This document shows, piece after piece, positions 1-9,723 of a DNA stretch of 64,000 bases. Both the position numbers and the translations under genes were made by a program. Numbering within the stretch: position 1 is the first letter of the stretch; the number at the start of each line of letters is the position of its first letter. The stretch is from contig OZ252239.1 in assembly GCA_965249485.1 (NCBI GenBank), positions 256,001-320,000 of the forward strand, in the 5' to 3' direction. The stretch comes from a bacterium (GTDB lineage: Bacteria > SM23-31). The notes beneath the pieces were generated by a model. It worked only from the letters and a program-made list of their open reading frames with translations. It ran no database searches and was not told the origin of the DNA.

Positions 1-1
1 T

Positions 2-394
2 GCTGTTGGCGGGTTTACCTCGATCAATGTGGGCAGTGCCCCGGAAGCAAACAGCATCCTCATTCCGAAAGACCATGCTGACAAAGCTATGGACGCTGCA
101 GCATGTATTGGCTGTGGCGCCTGTGTTGCTGCATGCCCGAATGCATCAGCAACACTGTTTGTATCTGCAAAAATTGCTCAGCTTGCTCTACTGCCGCAGG
201 GGCATCCGGAGAGGAAACGGCGCGCGCATCGGATGATCACGCAGATGGATGAGGAAGGATTCGGCGACTGCTCAAATCACGCAGAATGCGAAGCTGTCTG
301 TCCAAAAGAAATATCGATTTCCAATATAGCCTATATGAAAAGAGAATATGCAAAGGCGGTCATTTCACGCGGTTGGCTCGATCCCCATTTTTAA
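2..394 (+). CDS. sdhB: Succinate dehydrogenase/fumarate reductase iron-sulfur subunit, Bacteroidetes-type, C-terminal part (5' end lies outside the window)
   Basis: Frame open from base 2; [11 protein letters not shown] and [19 protein letters not shown] cluster motifs; [18 protein letters not shown] segment typical of this subfamily. Confidence 0.9.
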   Translation, partial: AVGGFTSINVGSAPEANSILIPKDHADKAMDAAACIGCGACVAACPNASATLFVSAKIAQLALLPQGHPERKRRAHRMITQMDEEGFGDCSNHAECEAVCPKEISISNIAYMKREYAKAVISRGWLDPHF

Positions 395-434
395 TGATTC
401 AAGCGATTATAATATTCAAAGAAGTATACTATTC

Positions 435-467
435 AATGCCGGCAGTAACGCTGGCATTCTTGTTTTA
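435..467 (+). terminator. Probable intrinsic terminator between the convergent sdhB and frdD
   Basis: AATGCCGGC-agtaac-GCTGGCATT stem followed by T-rich cttgtttta. Confidence 0.6.
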
Positions 468-507
468 TTGCGAAATGAAATAATCAGAGAAAGTAGTATA
501 GGGCACT

Positions 508-858
508 TCAAACACGCCATAGAAGAAAAGCGGCGATAAGTGTCCCGATAATTGCCCCGCCGTATGAGAAGAAGGAGAGGACTGTTTTTTGTTTCCAGAG
601 ACCTGTATGGACGACCGTAAAATAGAAACGGTGCGCAAAATGGAAAAATGGCAGTGCGATGACGGCAAGAAGAATTAATTTCAAGACTGGATTGGCGACA
701 GCATCCTTCATCCGCTCATAGGATATTGCAGCTTCATCTATGAGATTGAACGGAATGGCAAACCCGATAATCACAATCAGTATCGGTAGGAAAATAGCCG
801 CCATTACGCCCCCCGCTGAGAAAAGCCCCCACCAAATCGGCTCATGTGATTTCTGCAT
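508..858 (-). CDS. frdD: Fumarate reductase membrane anchor subunit D
   Basis: SHEPIWWGLFSAGG N-terminus and FHFAHR; 3 hydrophobic segments; last gene of the frdABCD order. Confidence 0.9.
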   Translation of the reverse strand: MQKSHEPIWWGLFSAGGVMAAIFLPILIVIIGFAIPFNLIDEAAISYERMKDAVANPVLKLILLAVIALPFFHFAHRFYFTVVHTGLWKQKTVLSFFSYGGAIIGTLIAAFLLWRV

Positions 859-893
859 ATTTTATTCTCCTAATATGATCGCTGGAAAATGCA

Positions 894-1280
894 TTAAAGA
901 TACACGATAATCCATGTAATGATAACTGAGACAGCTACCCATCCGGAATAGACTCCACCGAGAATTACCCACTCGGGAATTTTTTGCTCGCCAACCCAGA
1001 ACACCATCACTTTTGGTGTCAGGTCGAACCATGTATACGTATGGTAGAGCGCAAACAGCAGAACAATCCAATGAACTACTATCGCAGGTGTAGATTTTAG
1101 AACTGCTATTAATGTGTTGTAGACTTCAGGGCCTTCACCGAGTGCGTAGATAAATGTCAGGAGGAATATACAAAATCCAGCGATAAACAGGCTTGTCATT
1201 TCTCTGACAATAAACATGAAATAGGGCCACCTGCTGAACCAGAGTCTATGAGGCGGCGGCCGGAGATACGGTTTCGGCAT
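894..1280 (-). CDS. frdC: Fumarate reductase membrane anchor subunit C
   Basis: KPYLRP..WF..YFMFIVRE and YHTYTWFDLTPK motifs; 3 TM segments. Confidence 0.9.
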   Translation of the reverse strand: MPKPYLRPPPHRLWFSRWPYFMFIVREMTSLFIAGFCIFLLTFIYALGEGPEVYNTLIAVLKSTPAIVVHWIVLLFALYHTYTWFDLTPKVMVFWVGEQKIPEWVILGGVYSGWVAVSVIITWIIVYL

Positions 1281-1359
1281 GCGTTACTCCCGTAATTTAC
1301 TAAATTGACGGAATGTTTGTTACTATTTTCATTCCTAAAGTTTTGGTATAACCATTTTG

Positions 1360-2109
1360 TCAGTCTTTTCCTCCGAAGGGCAGGAGAAGCGATTTGAAAT
1401 AATTTTGTGTATTGATAACCTTTGCTTGTTGAATAGCCGCTGCAGGATCAACATTTTTGGGACAGACTTTCGTGCATTCTCCGACAAATGTGCATTCCCA
1501 AATCCCCTCGTGGCTCGCGATATATTCCTCCCGCTTTGCAGCTCCCTGATCCCGCGAATCGAGATTATATCTCATCGCAAGCGCAACTGCTGCCGGACCA
1601 ATAAAATTATTATTTACCACATAGACCGGGCATGCTGAATAACAAAGCATACAATTGATGCACATCGAAAGCTGTTTATAGCGTGCAAGCTGGGCCGGTT
1701 TTTGGAGATACTCACCCATTTCTACCGATTTTTCACCTTCTTTCCTGACGATCCACGGGCGGATCTCCCGCAGTTTCTTCATGAAATCGTCCATGACAAT
1801 AATTAGATCTCGTTCAACCGGAAATCCGAGGAGCGGTTCGACACGAACTTTTTCCGGATAGTAATCTTTAAGAAAAGTCGCACAGGTCAGTTGCGGAATT
1901 CCGTTCACCATCATACCGCAGCTTCCGCAAACTCCCATCCGGCATGACCATCTGTATGAGAGTGTTCCGTCGATTTTATCCTTGATATAGTTGATTCCAT
2001 CAAGAATTACCCAGTCGTCTTTGAACGGGATTTCATATGTTTTATACGTCGGTTTATCTTCTATGTCCGGGCGGTACCGGAAAACTTCGAGTTTTATCTT
2101 TTTAGACAT
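1360..2109 (-). CDS. frdB: Fumarate reductase iron-sulfur subunit
   Basis: SCRMGVCGSC, CINCMLCYSAC, CTFVGECTKVCPK. Confidence 0.95.
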   Translation of the reverse strand: MSKKIKLEVFRYRPDIEDKPTYKTYEIPFKDDWVILDGINYIKDKIDGTLSYRWSCRMGVCGSCGMMVNGIPQLTCATFLKDYYPEKVRVEPLLGFPVERDLIIVMDDFMKKLREIRPWIVRKEGEKSVEMGEYLQKPAQLARYKQLSMCINCMLCYSACPVYVVNNNFIGPAAVALAMRYNLDSRDQGAAKREEYIASHEGIWECTFVGECTKVCPKNVDPAAAIQQAKVINTQNYFKSLLLPFGGKD

Positions 2110-2224
2110 ACGTCTCCGACCGATTTAATATTAAGTGCTCAATTCTACGCTAGCCATAGGGCATTAAGGATTTCCACAATAGTACTGATGGAACTCTTTG
2201 TTCCGGAATAAAATAACAGGCATT

Positions 2225-3976
2225 CTATTTTCCATAAACTCGTTCACCGGGAGGCCATCGTGTGATCACGACATCTTTATATTCAATACGTGGTCCGTCG
2301 TCGGATCTGTATGCGAGTGAGTGGTTGAGATACGTATCATTGTTCCGTTCAGGATAATCGGTACGCTGATGGGATCCGCGGCTCTCTTTCCGTTCGAGAG
2401 CGCTGTGTGCAAGCGCCTGGGCCACATCCAGCATACTATCCAATTCCAGTGCTGATACAAGTTCAGTATTAAATGTTAACGTTTTATCGTCAAGATTAAT
2501 ATTGTTAAAACGATCGCGCAGTTCTGCAAGTTTTTCGCACGTCTGCTGCAGGCTCTCTTCCGTCCGGTAAATGCCGGCACCTTCTTCCATTGCTACCTGC
2601 ATTTCGTGCCTGATTGTGGAAATCCGCTCCTTCCCATCGTGCTTCCTGAAGTAGGTTGCAGCGATTCGCTCCTGCTCATCTTTTTCCTGCTTTTCGAGTA
2701 TTCCAAGATCCGATTCGGGATGTTCACGTACCAAATCGACGGCACTTGTTCCCGCCTGCGCGCCGAACACCAGAATTTCCGTCAGTGAATTCGATCCGAG
2801 CCGGTTTGCACCGTTAATTGAAACACATGCACACTCTCCGGCAGCAAGCAGGCCGGGAAGACTTGTCTCCGAATTAATATCGGTGTCGATTCCCCCCATA
2901 CAGTAATGGATAACGGGACGTACCGGAATTGGCTTAAACACTGGGTCGATCCCCACATATTTTGTCGCAAGTTCCCGAACAAAGGGAATTTTTTTGTCTA
3001 TTTTTTTCTCACCGAGGTGTCTGACATCAAGATGCACATAATGACCGTATTCACCCGGTATGGTCCGTCCCTTATCAAATTCCTTCATAAATGCCTGACT
3101 GAGCCTGTCACGGGGACCAAGCTCCATGCTCTTCTTTACAGGATGTTTGGGATCGGTAATCTTGACCGGTGTACCGAGATCGTAATCCTGAAGATATCGA
3201 TATCCATCCTTATTAACGAGAATTCCTCCTTCACCACGTGCAGCTTCAGTAATGAGAATTCCCGTGCCGGGAAGCCCGGTCGGGTGGTATTGCACAAATT
3301 CAAGGTCTTTGAGCGGTACACCTGCCCGGTACGCCAGCGCCATACCGTCCCCGGTTTTGATCGAGCCGTTGGTCGTGAAAGGAAAAATTCTCCCCGCACC
3401 ACCGGTACAAACGATGACCGCTTTTGCAGTGATCGCTTCCACTTTACCGGAACGGAGCTCAAGTGCAGTTACACCCTGACAGCGTCCGTTTTCAACAAGA
3501 ATTTTTGTCGCAAACCACTCATCGTATTGGGTGATGTTGTTGAATTTTAATGAGGTCTGATAGAGAGAATGGAGCAGATGAAAACCGGTTTTGTCTGCTG
3601 CATACCAAGTCCGCTCGATTTTCATACCACCAAACGGACGGACTGCAACTTTCCCGCTCTGCTCCCGGCTCCAGGGGCATCCCCAGTGTTCAAGCCGAAT
3701 CAGTTCATCGGGAGCCTGCCGAACAAAATATTCGACGGCATCCTGATCACAGAGCCAGTCTCCACCGGCAATGGTATCTATACAATGATCGTCAAGGGAG
3801 TCGTTATTTTTGATTACGGCGGCTGCACCGCCTTCAGCAGCAACAGTATGACTGCGCATCGGGTAGACTTTACTTACCAGGGCAACATTCAGATCAGGAT
3901 TCGTTTCACCTATCGCAATTGCAGCTCTTAAACCGGCACCGCCTCCTCCGACGATCACGATATCGTGCTGAATCAT
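2225..3976 (-). CDS. frdA: Fumarate reductase flavoprotein subunit
   Basis: GGGGAG FAD loop, [10 protein letters not shown] covalent-FAD His, [24 protein letters not shown]. Confidence 0.95.
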   Translation of the reverse strand: MIQHDIVIVGGGGAGLRAAIAIGETNPDLNVALVSKVYPMRSHTVAAEGGAAAVIKNNDSLDDHCIDTIAGGDWLCDQDAVEYFVRQAPDELIRLEHWGCPWSREQSGKVAVRPFGGMKIERTWYAADKTGFHLLHSLYQTSLKFNNITQYDEWFATKILVENGRCQGVTALELRSGKVEAITAKAVIVCTGGAGRIFPFTTNGSIKTGDGMALAYRAGVPLKDLEFVQYHPTGLPGTGILITEAARGEGGILVNKDGYRYLQDYDLGTPVKITDPKHPVKKSMELGPRDRLSQAFMKEFDKGRTIPGEYGHYVHLDVRHLGEKKIDKKIPFVRELATKYVGIDPVFKPIPVRPVIHYCMGGIDTDINSETSLPGLLAAGECACVSINGANRLGSNSLTEILVFGAQAGTSAVDLVREHPESDLGILEKQEKDEQERIAATYFRKHDGKERISTIRHEMQVAMEEGAGIYRTEESLQQTCEKLAELRDRFNNINLDDKTLTFNTELVSALELDSMLDVAQALAHSALERKESRGSHQRTDYPERNNDTYLNHSLAYRSDDGPRIEYKDVVITRWPPGERVYGK

Positions 3977-4016
3977 TTGAAGTGTCTATCCATATTTATT
4001 TTTGTAGGACTTGATA

Positions 4017-4044
4017 AATTTACACATAAAACTACCATTGTCAA
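4017..4044 (-). promoter_or_regulatory. Putative sigma-70 promoter of frdABCD
   Basis: TTGACA-N16-TAAATT on the minus strand, about 40 nt upstream of the frdA ATG. Confidence 0.5.
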
Positions 4045-4111
4045 GGTCATTTTCCATAACCAGAATAGAAAAATTTATATATTAGTGAAACGAGTGGCGG
4101 GAAAAACGGAA

Positions 4112-5074
4112 CTAAAGCATTATCTTCTGACCTTCATATGCAGCAAAGCTTTCAGGATATAGTTTCTGAGCACTTTTTTCAATTGCCGTAATCGTCTTAT
4201 CGTCGTAAGCAGGGTCGTGATGGACAAGTGCAAGCCGGCCGATCTTTGCTTTTTTAGCAACTTCTATAGCCATTTCCATAGTGCTATGTCCGAATCCCTG
4301 TTTATTCTGATTCAACGATTTGTACATGTCTTTGGTATAACCAGCATCATGGATAAGAAGGTCAGCATTTTTTGCAAAGTTAATTAACCGCGTATCGCCG
4401 TATACATATCCTTCAGTATCGGTTGCAATAACAACCGATTTGTTATTATATTCGATTTTGAAGATCATTACACCACCATTTGGATGAGCGTAACTCTTCA
4501 TACAGGATATACGTACATCATTATCTTTTTCAACCTGTTTTTTCCGCTCGAATTCACGATAATCATTTATGACAAATGGTATGCCTTGTTTCTGACTCCA
4601 ATATATTGATTCAACCTGAGTGATAGACCTGAACAACTTAAGAGAATGCATATCATTAAGTGAAATCGGATAATATGGAGGTGTAATCAATTCATCGACT
4701 GCATCCTGGAATGTGGAATATTGTGTGTCGGGACCGTAGATATAATAAGTGCTGTCGGGAAGAAACATCGGCGAAAAAAAAGGAAGTCCTTGAATATGGT
4801 CAACATGCAGATGAGAAAAAAGAATGATCGCTTCTATCGGAGTTCTGGTTTCCGGAGATTTTCCTGATGCCGCATACAACTGCATCAGGTCATTTCCGAG
4901 GCCGATTATTCCAGATCCTGCATCAACAATGATTAAACAGTCACCGGCATGTACTTCATAACATGTTGTGTGGCCGCCAAATTTATGATATTCTTTTCCG
5001 GATATAGCATAGCTACCACGGACACCTCTAAAATGTACACTTAAATCGGATTTTTTCTTCGATGTGGGAGTCAA
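4112..5074 (-). CDS. Metallo-beta-lactamase-fold hydrolase (phosphodiesterase/RNase Z-like)
   Basis: GVRGS...GGHTTC, DAGSG, SHLHVDH (HxHxDH), TDTE, GFGHS, HHDP. Confidence 0.85.
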   Translation of the reverse strand: MTPTSKKKSDLSVHFRGVRGSYAISGKEYHKFGGHTTCYEVHAGDCLIIVDAGSGIIGLGNDLMQLYAASGKSPETRTPIEAIILFSHLHVDHIQGLPFFSPMFLPDSTYYIYGPDTQYSTFQDAVDELITPPYYPISLNDMHSLKLFRSITQVESIYWSQKQGIPFVINDYREFERKKQVEKDNDVRISCMKSYAHPNGGVMIFKIEYNNKSVVIATDTEGYVYGDTRLINFAKNADLLIHDAGYTKDMYKSLNQNKQGFGHSTMEMAIEVAKKAKIGRLALVHHDPAYDDKTITAIEKSAQKLYPESFAAYEGQKIML

Positions 5075-5250
5075 AACAGGACCTTCGTCTCTTTACGATA
5101 CGACAACCGATAATCTCTGGATTCAATCATAGAATTCATCGGGGTCATTACATTTGATTCGGGGACAAAACGTGAGCGGTTATCTCTAACCGCCGTACTG
5201 AAGAATAATATTCAGAAAAAAGTGCGCATAATAGTGTTCTTCTGTGAGGC

Positions 5251-5279
5251 AATATACAATATTCATGAGCGTTAGTCAA
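5251..5279 (-). promoter_or_regulatory. Putative sigma-70 promoter of the MBL hydrolase gene
   Basis: TTGACT-N17-TATATT on the minus strand. Confidence 0.6.
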
Positions 5280-5304
5280 GCGTCTTTTTCCGACTTATTA
5301 AGGC

Positions 5305-5320
5305 TGTGATATGAATCACA
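5305..5320. promoter_or_regulatory. CRP-family binding site
   Basis: TGTGA-tatgaa-TCACA, an exact match to TGTGA-N6-TCACA, 25 nt upstream of a -35 box. Confidence 0.6.
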
Positions 5321-5391
5321 GTTGAGAAAAAAAAGGTGACCCGGATCAATAATAGCACTCGATGATGCGAAAATCTTCCTGTCTATTCCAA

Positions 5392-6150
5392 TCAACTTTT
5401 TGAGACCTTGTCAAGAGCTGTTCGAGCTGCTTTCTGCTCTGCTGATTTTTTGCTCATCCCTTTTCCGGTTCCGTAAGTTTTGCCACCGATCTTAACCACA
5501 ACTGTGTAAGTCTTTTTATGATCGGGTCCTGTTTCACGGCTCGTCACAAACTTCGGCATGGGAAGATGCCGTTTTTGCACATATTCGAGCAGATCACCTT
5601 TGTAGTTACTTCCTTCGGAGCGGAGAGATTCTTCGTAATTTTTTAGCACAACAGATTCGACAAAGCCACGGGCGGCGTTGTGTCCTCCATCCATGTACAG
5701 GGCGCCAATAATCGATTCAAAAGCGTTTGAAAGAATGGAATTTTTATACCTGCCTCCGGACCGTTTTTCACCTTCTCCAAGTGATAAGTATTTTCCGAGC
5801 TGGATAAATTTACCCTTTTTTGCAAGAAAATCTCTGCTCACAAGAGCTGCACGCTTAATTGTCAGATCTCCCTCAGGGGCATCCTGAAATGTTTTGTAGA
5901 GAAAATCTCCAACATAAAAATTCACAAGTGCGTCACCAAGAAACTCTAAACGTTCATTTGATAAGTCATTTACCGGCGGTAAACAGGAAGAGTGTGATCT
6001 GTGGCGGAGTGCTTCCCTGAAGATATCTTTATTCCTGATTCTGTATTCCAGTTGTTCCTGAAGTTCCTGCCAGTTGATATGATCTTGCGATTCAGAAATG
6101 TATTTTTTCGGAAAAAAACCTGGAAAATGTTTTCTGAGTATTGTTAACAT
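5392..6150 (-). CDS. rnc: Ribonuclease III
   Basis: NERLEFLGDA signature; C-terminal dsRBD (GPDH, GKGMSKKSAEQKAA). Confidence 0.95.
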   Translation of the reverse strand: MLTILRKHFPGFFPKKYISESQDHINWQELQEQLEYRIRNKDIFREALRHRSHSSCLPPVNDLSNERLEFLGDALVNFYVGDFLYKTFQDAPEGDLTIKRAALVSRDFLAKKGKFIQLGKYLSLGEGEKRSGGRYKNSILSNAFESIIGALYMDGGHNAARGFVESVVLKNYEESLRSEGSNYKGDLLEYVQKRHLPMPKFVTSRETGPDHKKTYTVVVKIGGKTYGTGKGMSKKSAEQKAARTALDKVSKS

Positions 6151-6243
6151 ACAACGAATAGCCGTGGCGCTATATAAAGAGCACCTGTTTGTGATTGTGA
6201 TTGTGATTAAATGGCAAAATGTTTTTCAGACCACATTCATCCA

Positions 6244-7482
6244 TTAATCGTAAACCCGTGCAATCAAAGAGGCATTATGTCCGCCAAACCCAAACGTATT
6301 GCTCAAAATTGAGCGAATTTCCTGTTTCCGGGCAGTATTCGGGACATAATCCAGATCGCAGTCTGGATCTTTGGTAGTGTAATTAATTGTCGGGGGGATA
6401 CATCCGTACTTCATTGCTAGAAGAGAAGCAATCAGTTCAACAGCACCAGAGGCGCCAAGAAGATGACCTGTCATTGATTTTGTAGAACTGATAGGTACTT
6501 TATACGCATAATCTTCAAAAACTGTTTTTATCGCAACTGTTTCGGTGCGATCATTGTACGGTGTTGATGTACCGTGTGCATTAATATAGTCAATTTCGTC
6601 CGGTCTCATACCTGCTTCTTTAAGCGCAAGTGACATTGACCGGACAGCCCCTTCCCCCTTGGGAGCAGGTTCCGTAATGTGGTGTGCATCCGCTGTAAAA
6701 CCCGTCCCGACTATTTCACCATAAATTTTTGCATTCCGTTTTAGGGCACTTTTCTCCGACTCGAGTATTACGATACCGGCCCCTTCACCAAGCACAAAAC
6801 CATCACGGTCACGATCAAATGGCCTGCTCGCTTCTGCCGGTTTGTCGTTGTTAGTCGATAGCGCCTTCATATTTGCAAAACCGCTGATGCTTATCTGGGT
6901 GACAGCCGCTTCGGACCCACCGGTAAAAATTATATCGGAGTCCCCTCTTTGAATTGTCTTGAACGACTCGCCGATTGCATGGGTAGCGGAGGCGCATGCT
7001 GATGTTATAGCATAATTCGGACCCTTGAATCCGTGCATAATGGAAACATATCCGGGAGCAATATCAGTGATCATCATCGGAATATAGAACGGACTCACAC
7101 CTCGCGGCCCTCTATCTTTTAGAATGAAACACTGTCTTTCATGTGTTTCAATACCCCCGATTCCTGAACCAAGGATTACTCCGATTCTATTCCGGTCTTG
7201 TTTTTCAAAATCAAGTTCAGAATCGGCTACTGCCATAGCGGATGCGGCAACTGCTAATTGGGTGAACCTGTCCATGCGCCGCTGAGTTTTCTTTTCGATG
7301 AATTCATCGGCATTAAAACCTTTGACTTCTCCTGCAATCTTAACTGAAAACTCTGTCGAGTCAAAACGAGTTATGGGTCCGAGACCGCTTTTACCGTTCG
7401 ACAACGATTTCCAGTATTCATCTATTGTGTTACCACAAGGAGAAAGTACTCCCAATCCTGTAATTAATACTCTCTGGTTCAT
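6244..7482 (-). CDS. fabF: Beta-ketoacyl-ACP synthase II
   Basis: SACAS active Cys, INAHGTST, GHLLGA, NTFGFGGHN. Confidence 0.95.
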   Translation of the reverse strand: MNQRVLITGLGVLSPCGNTIDEYWKSLSNGKSGLGPITRFDSTEFSVKIAGEVKGFNADEFIEKKTQRRMDRFTQLAVAASAMAVADSELDFEKQDRNRIGVILGSGIGGIETHERQCFILKDRGPRGVSPFYIPMMITDIAPGYVSIMHGFKGPNYAITSACASATHAIGESFKTIQRGDSDIIFTGGSEAAVTQISISGFANMKALSTNNDKPAEASRPFDRDRDGFVLGEGAGIVILESEKSALKRNAKIYGEIVGTGFTADAHHITEPAPKGEGAVRSMSLALKEAGMRPDEIDYINAHGTSTPYNDRTETVAIKTVFEDYAYKVPISSTKSMTGHLLGASGAVELIASLLAMKYGCIPPTINYTTKDPDCDLDYVPNTARKQEIRSILSNTFGFGGHNASLIARVYD

Positions 7483-7489
7483 TTATACA

Positions 7490-7726
7490 TTAGTCCAAAT
7501 GTTCATCAAGGTAGTGTATTGCAGATCCTACAGTTGTTAATTTTTCTGCATCTTCATCTGGAATTTCAAGATTAAATTCTTCTTCTAATGCCATGACAAG
7601 CTCAACAGTATCAAGAGAATCGGCCCCAAGGTCTTCAATGAATTTTGCTTCTTCTTTAACCTCGCCTGCATCGACTCCCAACTGTTCAACAATAATTTCT
7701 TTGACTCTTTCTGAATATGACGACAT
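7490..7726 (-). CDS. acpP: Acyl carrier protein (start at MSSYSERV)
   Basis: [14 protein letters not shown] motif; CAGGAGG Shine-Dalgarno before ATG 7726. Confidence 0.95.
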   Translation of the reverse strand: MSSYSERVKEIIVEQLGVDAGEVKEEAKFIEDLGADSLDTVELVMALEEEFNLEIPDEDAEKLTTVGSAIHYLDEHLD

Positions 7727-7920
7727 AAAGTGTCCTCCTGAATGTTGCACATACCACAAAATATGGTATTTTCGGCGATTCAATTCCCTGGTTTGGATAA
7801 TCCAAGTCGTTGAACATTGGCCATGAATCTTTAACTTTAATTTAAAAAGACGCTAATATAATGAATAAAATGGTTTAAAACACGTTTTTTCTCTTTTTGC
7901 ATCACCCTGGCGATAAGACA

Positions 7921-8673
7921 TCACATTATCAATCCGCCGTCCACATGAATTACCTGACCCGTTATATAACTGCTGGCGTCCGAAACCAGAAAATGGACAA
8001 GATTTGCAACTTCCTGTGTTGTGCCGTAGCGGCTCAGCGGGATTTCAGAGAGATATTTCTCTCTGACTTCGTCGGGCAGCGATTCTGTCATTGCTGTCTG
8101 AATAAATCCGGGCGCTATTGCATTCACACGGATTCCGCGCGATGCAAATTCCTTTGCGGCAGATTTAGTTACTCCGAGCAGGCCCGCTTTCGAAGCAGAG
8201 TAATTGATTTGACCTGCATTACCCATAACACCGATTACCGAGGAAACATTTACGATTGTTCCGCTCCGTTGTTTCATCATCTGTCTGGCAACTCCTCTAA
8301 TACAGTTGAAAGCACCTGTCAGATTTATATTGAGAACCATATTCCACTGCTCGTCGGTCATCCTCATAATATAACCGTCACGTGTGATGCCCGCATTGTT
8401 GATCAGAATATCGATCGCGGAAAATTCTTCGGTAATTCGCTGAACCATCTGCTTAACAGAGTCTGAATCGGTTATGTCGGCAATATGGACGAGTGCACGG
8501 ACACCAAGATTTTGAATTTCTTTCATCGTCTGCTCAGCCAATTCACTGTTCACATCATTGACAACAATGTTTGCACCAGCCTGAGCAAGTGCAAGCGCTA
8601 TATCTTTACCAATCCCCTGAGCCGAGCCGGTTACCAGAGCGGTTTTCCCATCTAATTTATAGAATGAGTCCAC
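7921..8673 (-). CDS. fabG: 3-oxoacyl-ACP reductase
   Basis: TGSAQGIG, NNAGITRD, YSASK; fab cluster context. Confidence 0.95.
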   Translation of the reverse strand: MDSFYKLDGKTALVTGSAQGIGKDIALALAQAGANIVVNDVNSELAEQTMKEIQNLGVRALVHIADITDSDSVKQMVQRITEEFSAIDILINNAGITRDGYIMRMTDEQWNMVLNINLTGAFNCIRGVARQMMKQRSGTIVNVSSVIGVMGNAGQINYSASKAGLLGVTKSAAKEFASRGIRVNAIAPGFIQTAMTESLPDEVREKYLSEIPLSRYGTTQEVANLVHFLVSDASSYITGQVIHVDGGLIM

Positions 8674-8765
8674 GTGTCACCTTTATATTCTCAATAATAA
8701 TTGTTTGAATCCTTTATTGTTTTTTACTAAGGGAATCGATTTTAAATAGTTAATGAAGTCTGCAG

Positions 8766-9698
8766 TCACGATACCGATTCCATTAGACGTTCCAATTCCT
8801 CAACAGTTCCGACGCTGATGCAGGGAATTTCTTTATCGATCCTCTTCACCAATCCCTGCAATACGGCTCCTGTACCGACTTCAATAAGGGAATCAATGCC
8901 GTTTTCTGCAATATAGTTAATCGACTCGCTCCAGCGGACAGGATTGACGAGCTGTTTTTCGAGATTACCTTTCATTTCATCTGGATCGAACATCGGCCGT
9001 GCTGTAACGTTTGACACGACCGGTATATCCGTCGAGTGGAATTCTGCTGCCTGGATTTTAGTAATTAAACCACTGATTGCGTCAGCCATAAGCGGAGAAT
9101 GGAAAGCAGCGCTGACATTGAGTTCTACGGCTTTTCTAATCCCGTACTCTTTTGCTAAATCAATTGCTTTGTGAACACCTTTCACGGAGCCGGAAATAAC
9201 AATCTGTCCCGGTGCATTGAAATTAGCTGGACAGACAATTCCGGCTGATGCTGCCTTTTGACAGAGGTCTTCGACCGTTTTTTCATCACTACCTATGAGC
9301 GCAGCCATTGTACCTGGTGTTTTTTCTCCCACAGACTGCATAAGCTCACCCCGGACTTTTACAATCGAAAGTAGAGTATCAAATCCAGCGACACCGGCAC
9401 CGTATAAAGCAGAATATTCTCCGAGACTATGACCAGCCGTGATCACCGGGGTTAATCCTCTCTCCTTCAGGCATTCGGTCACAACAACACTGTGCACAAA
9501 CAAGGCAGGCTGAGTGACGTATGTCTGCTTCAAGGAATCTTCAGGACCGGAAAACGAAATATCTTTGAGAGGAAATCCGAGAATATCCTCAGCTTTATCA
9601 TAGATCGAACGGGCTTCTGGAAATGATTCATAGAAATCCTTACCCATTCCTACTTTTTGCGATCCCTGACCGGGATATATAAAACCAATATTATTCAT
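8766..9698 (-). CDS. fabD: Malonyl-CoA:ACP transacylase (start at MNNIGF)
   Basis: PGQGSQ, GHSLGE, SAAFHS. Confidence 0.95.
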   Translation of the reverse strand: MNNIGFIYPGQGSQKVGMGKDFYESFPEARSIYDKAEDILGFPLKDISFSGPEDSLKQTYVTQPALFVHSVVVTECLKERGLTPVITAGHSLGEYSALYGAGVAGFDTLLSIVKVRGELMQSVGEKTPGTMAALIGSDEKTVEDLCQKAASAGIVCPANFNAPGQIVISGSVKGVHKAIDLAKEYGIRKAVELNVSAAFHSPLMADAISGLITKIQAAEFHSTDIPVVSNVTARPMFDPDEMKGNLEKQLVNPVRWSESINYIAENGIDSLIEVGTGAVLQGLVKRIDKEIPCISVGTVEELERLMESVS

Positions 9699-9723
9699 TG
9701 ATATATCTGAAAAAGAACGAATT

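Noticed and set aside
2906..3931. Long antisense ORFs over frdA, and similar ones over fabG, sucCD, gltA, mgtE and murG
   Set aside because: Shadow frames of well-conserved genes with no recognisable motifs
6189..6208. (TTGTGA)3 short tandem repeat between fabF and rnc
   Set aside because: Only three units with no spacers; not CRISPR-like and no function can be supported
7727..7783. N-terminal extension of ACP (and likewise of FabD at 9699-9764)
   Set aside because: For ACP a strong SD and family length support the internal ATG; for FabD the extension overlaps fabH and precedes the family N-terminal motif
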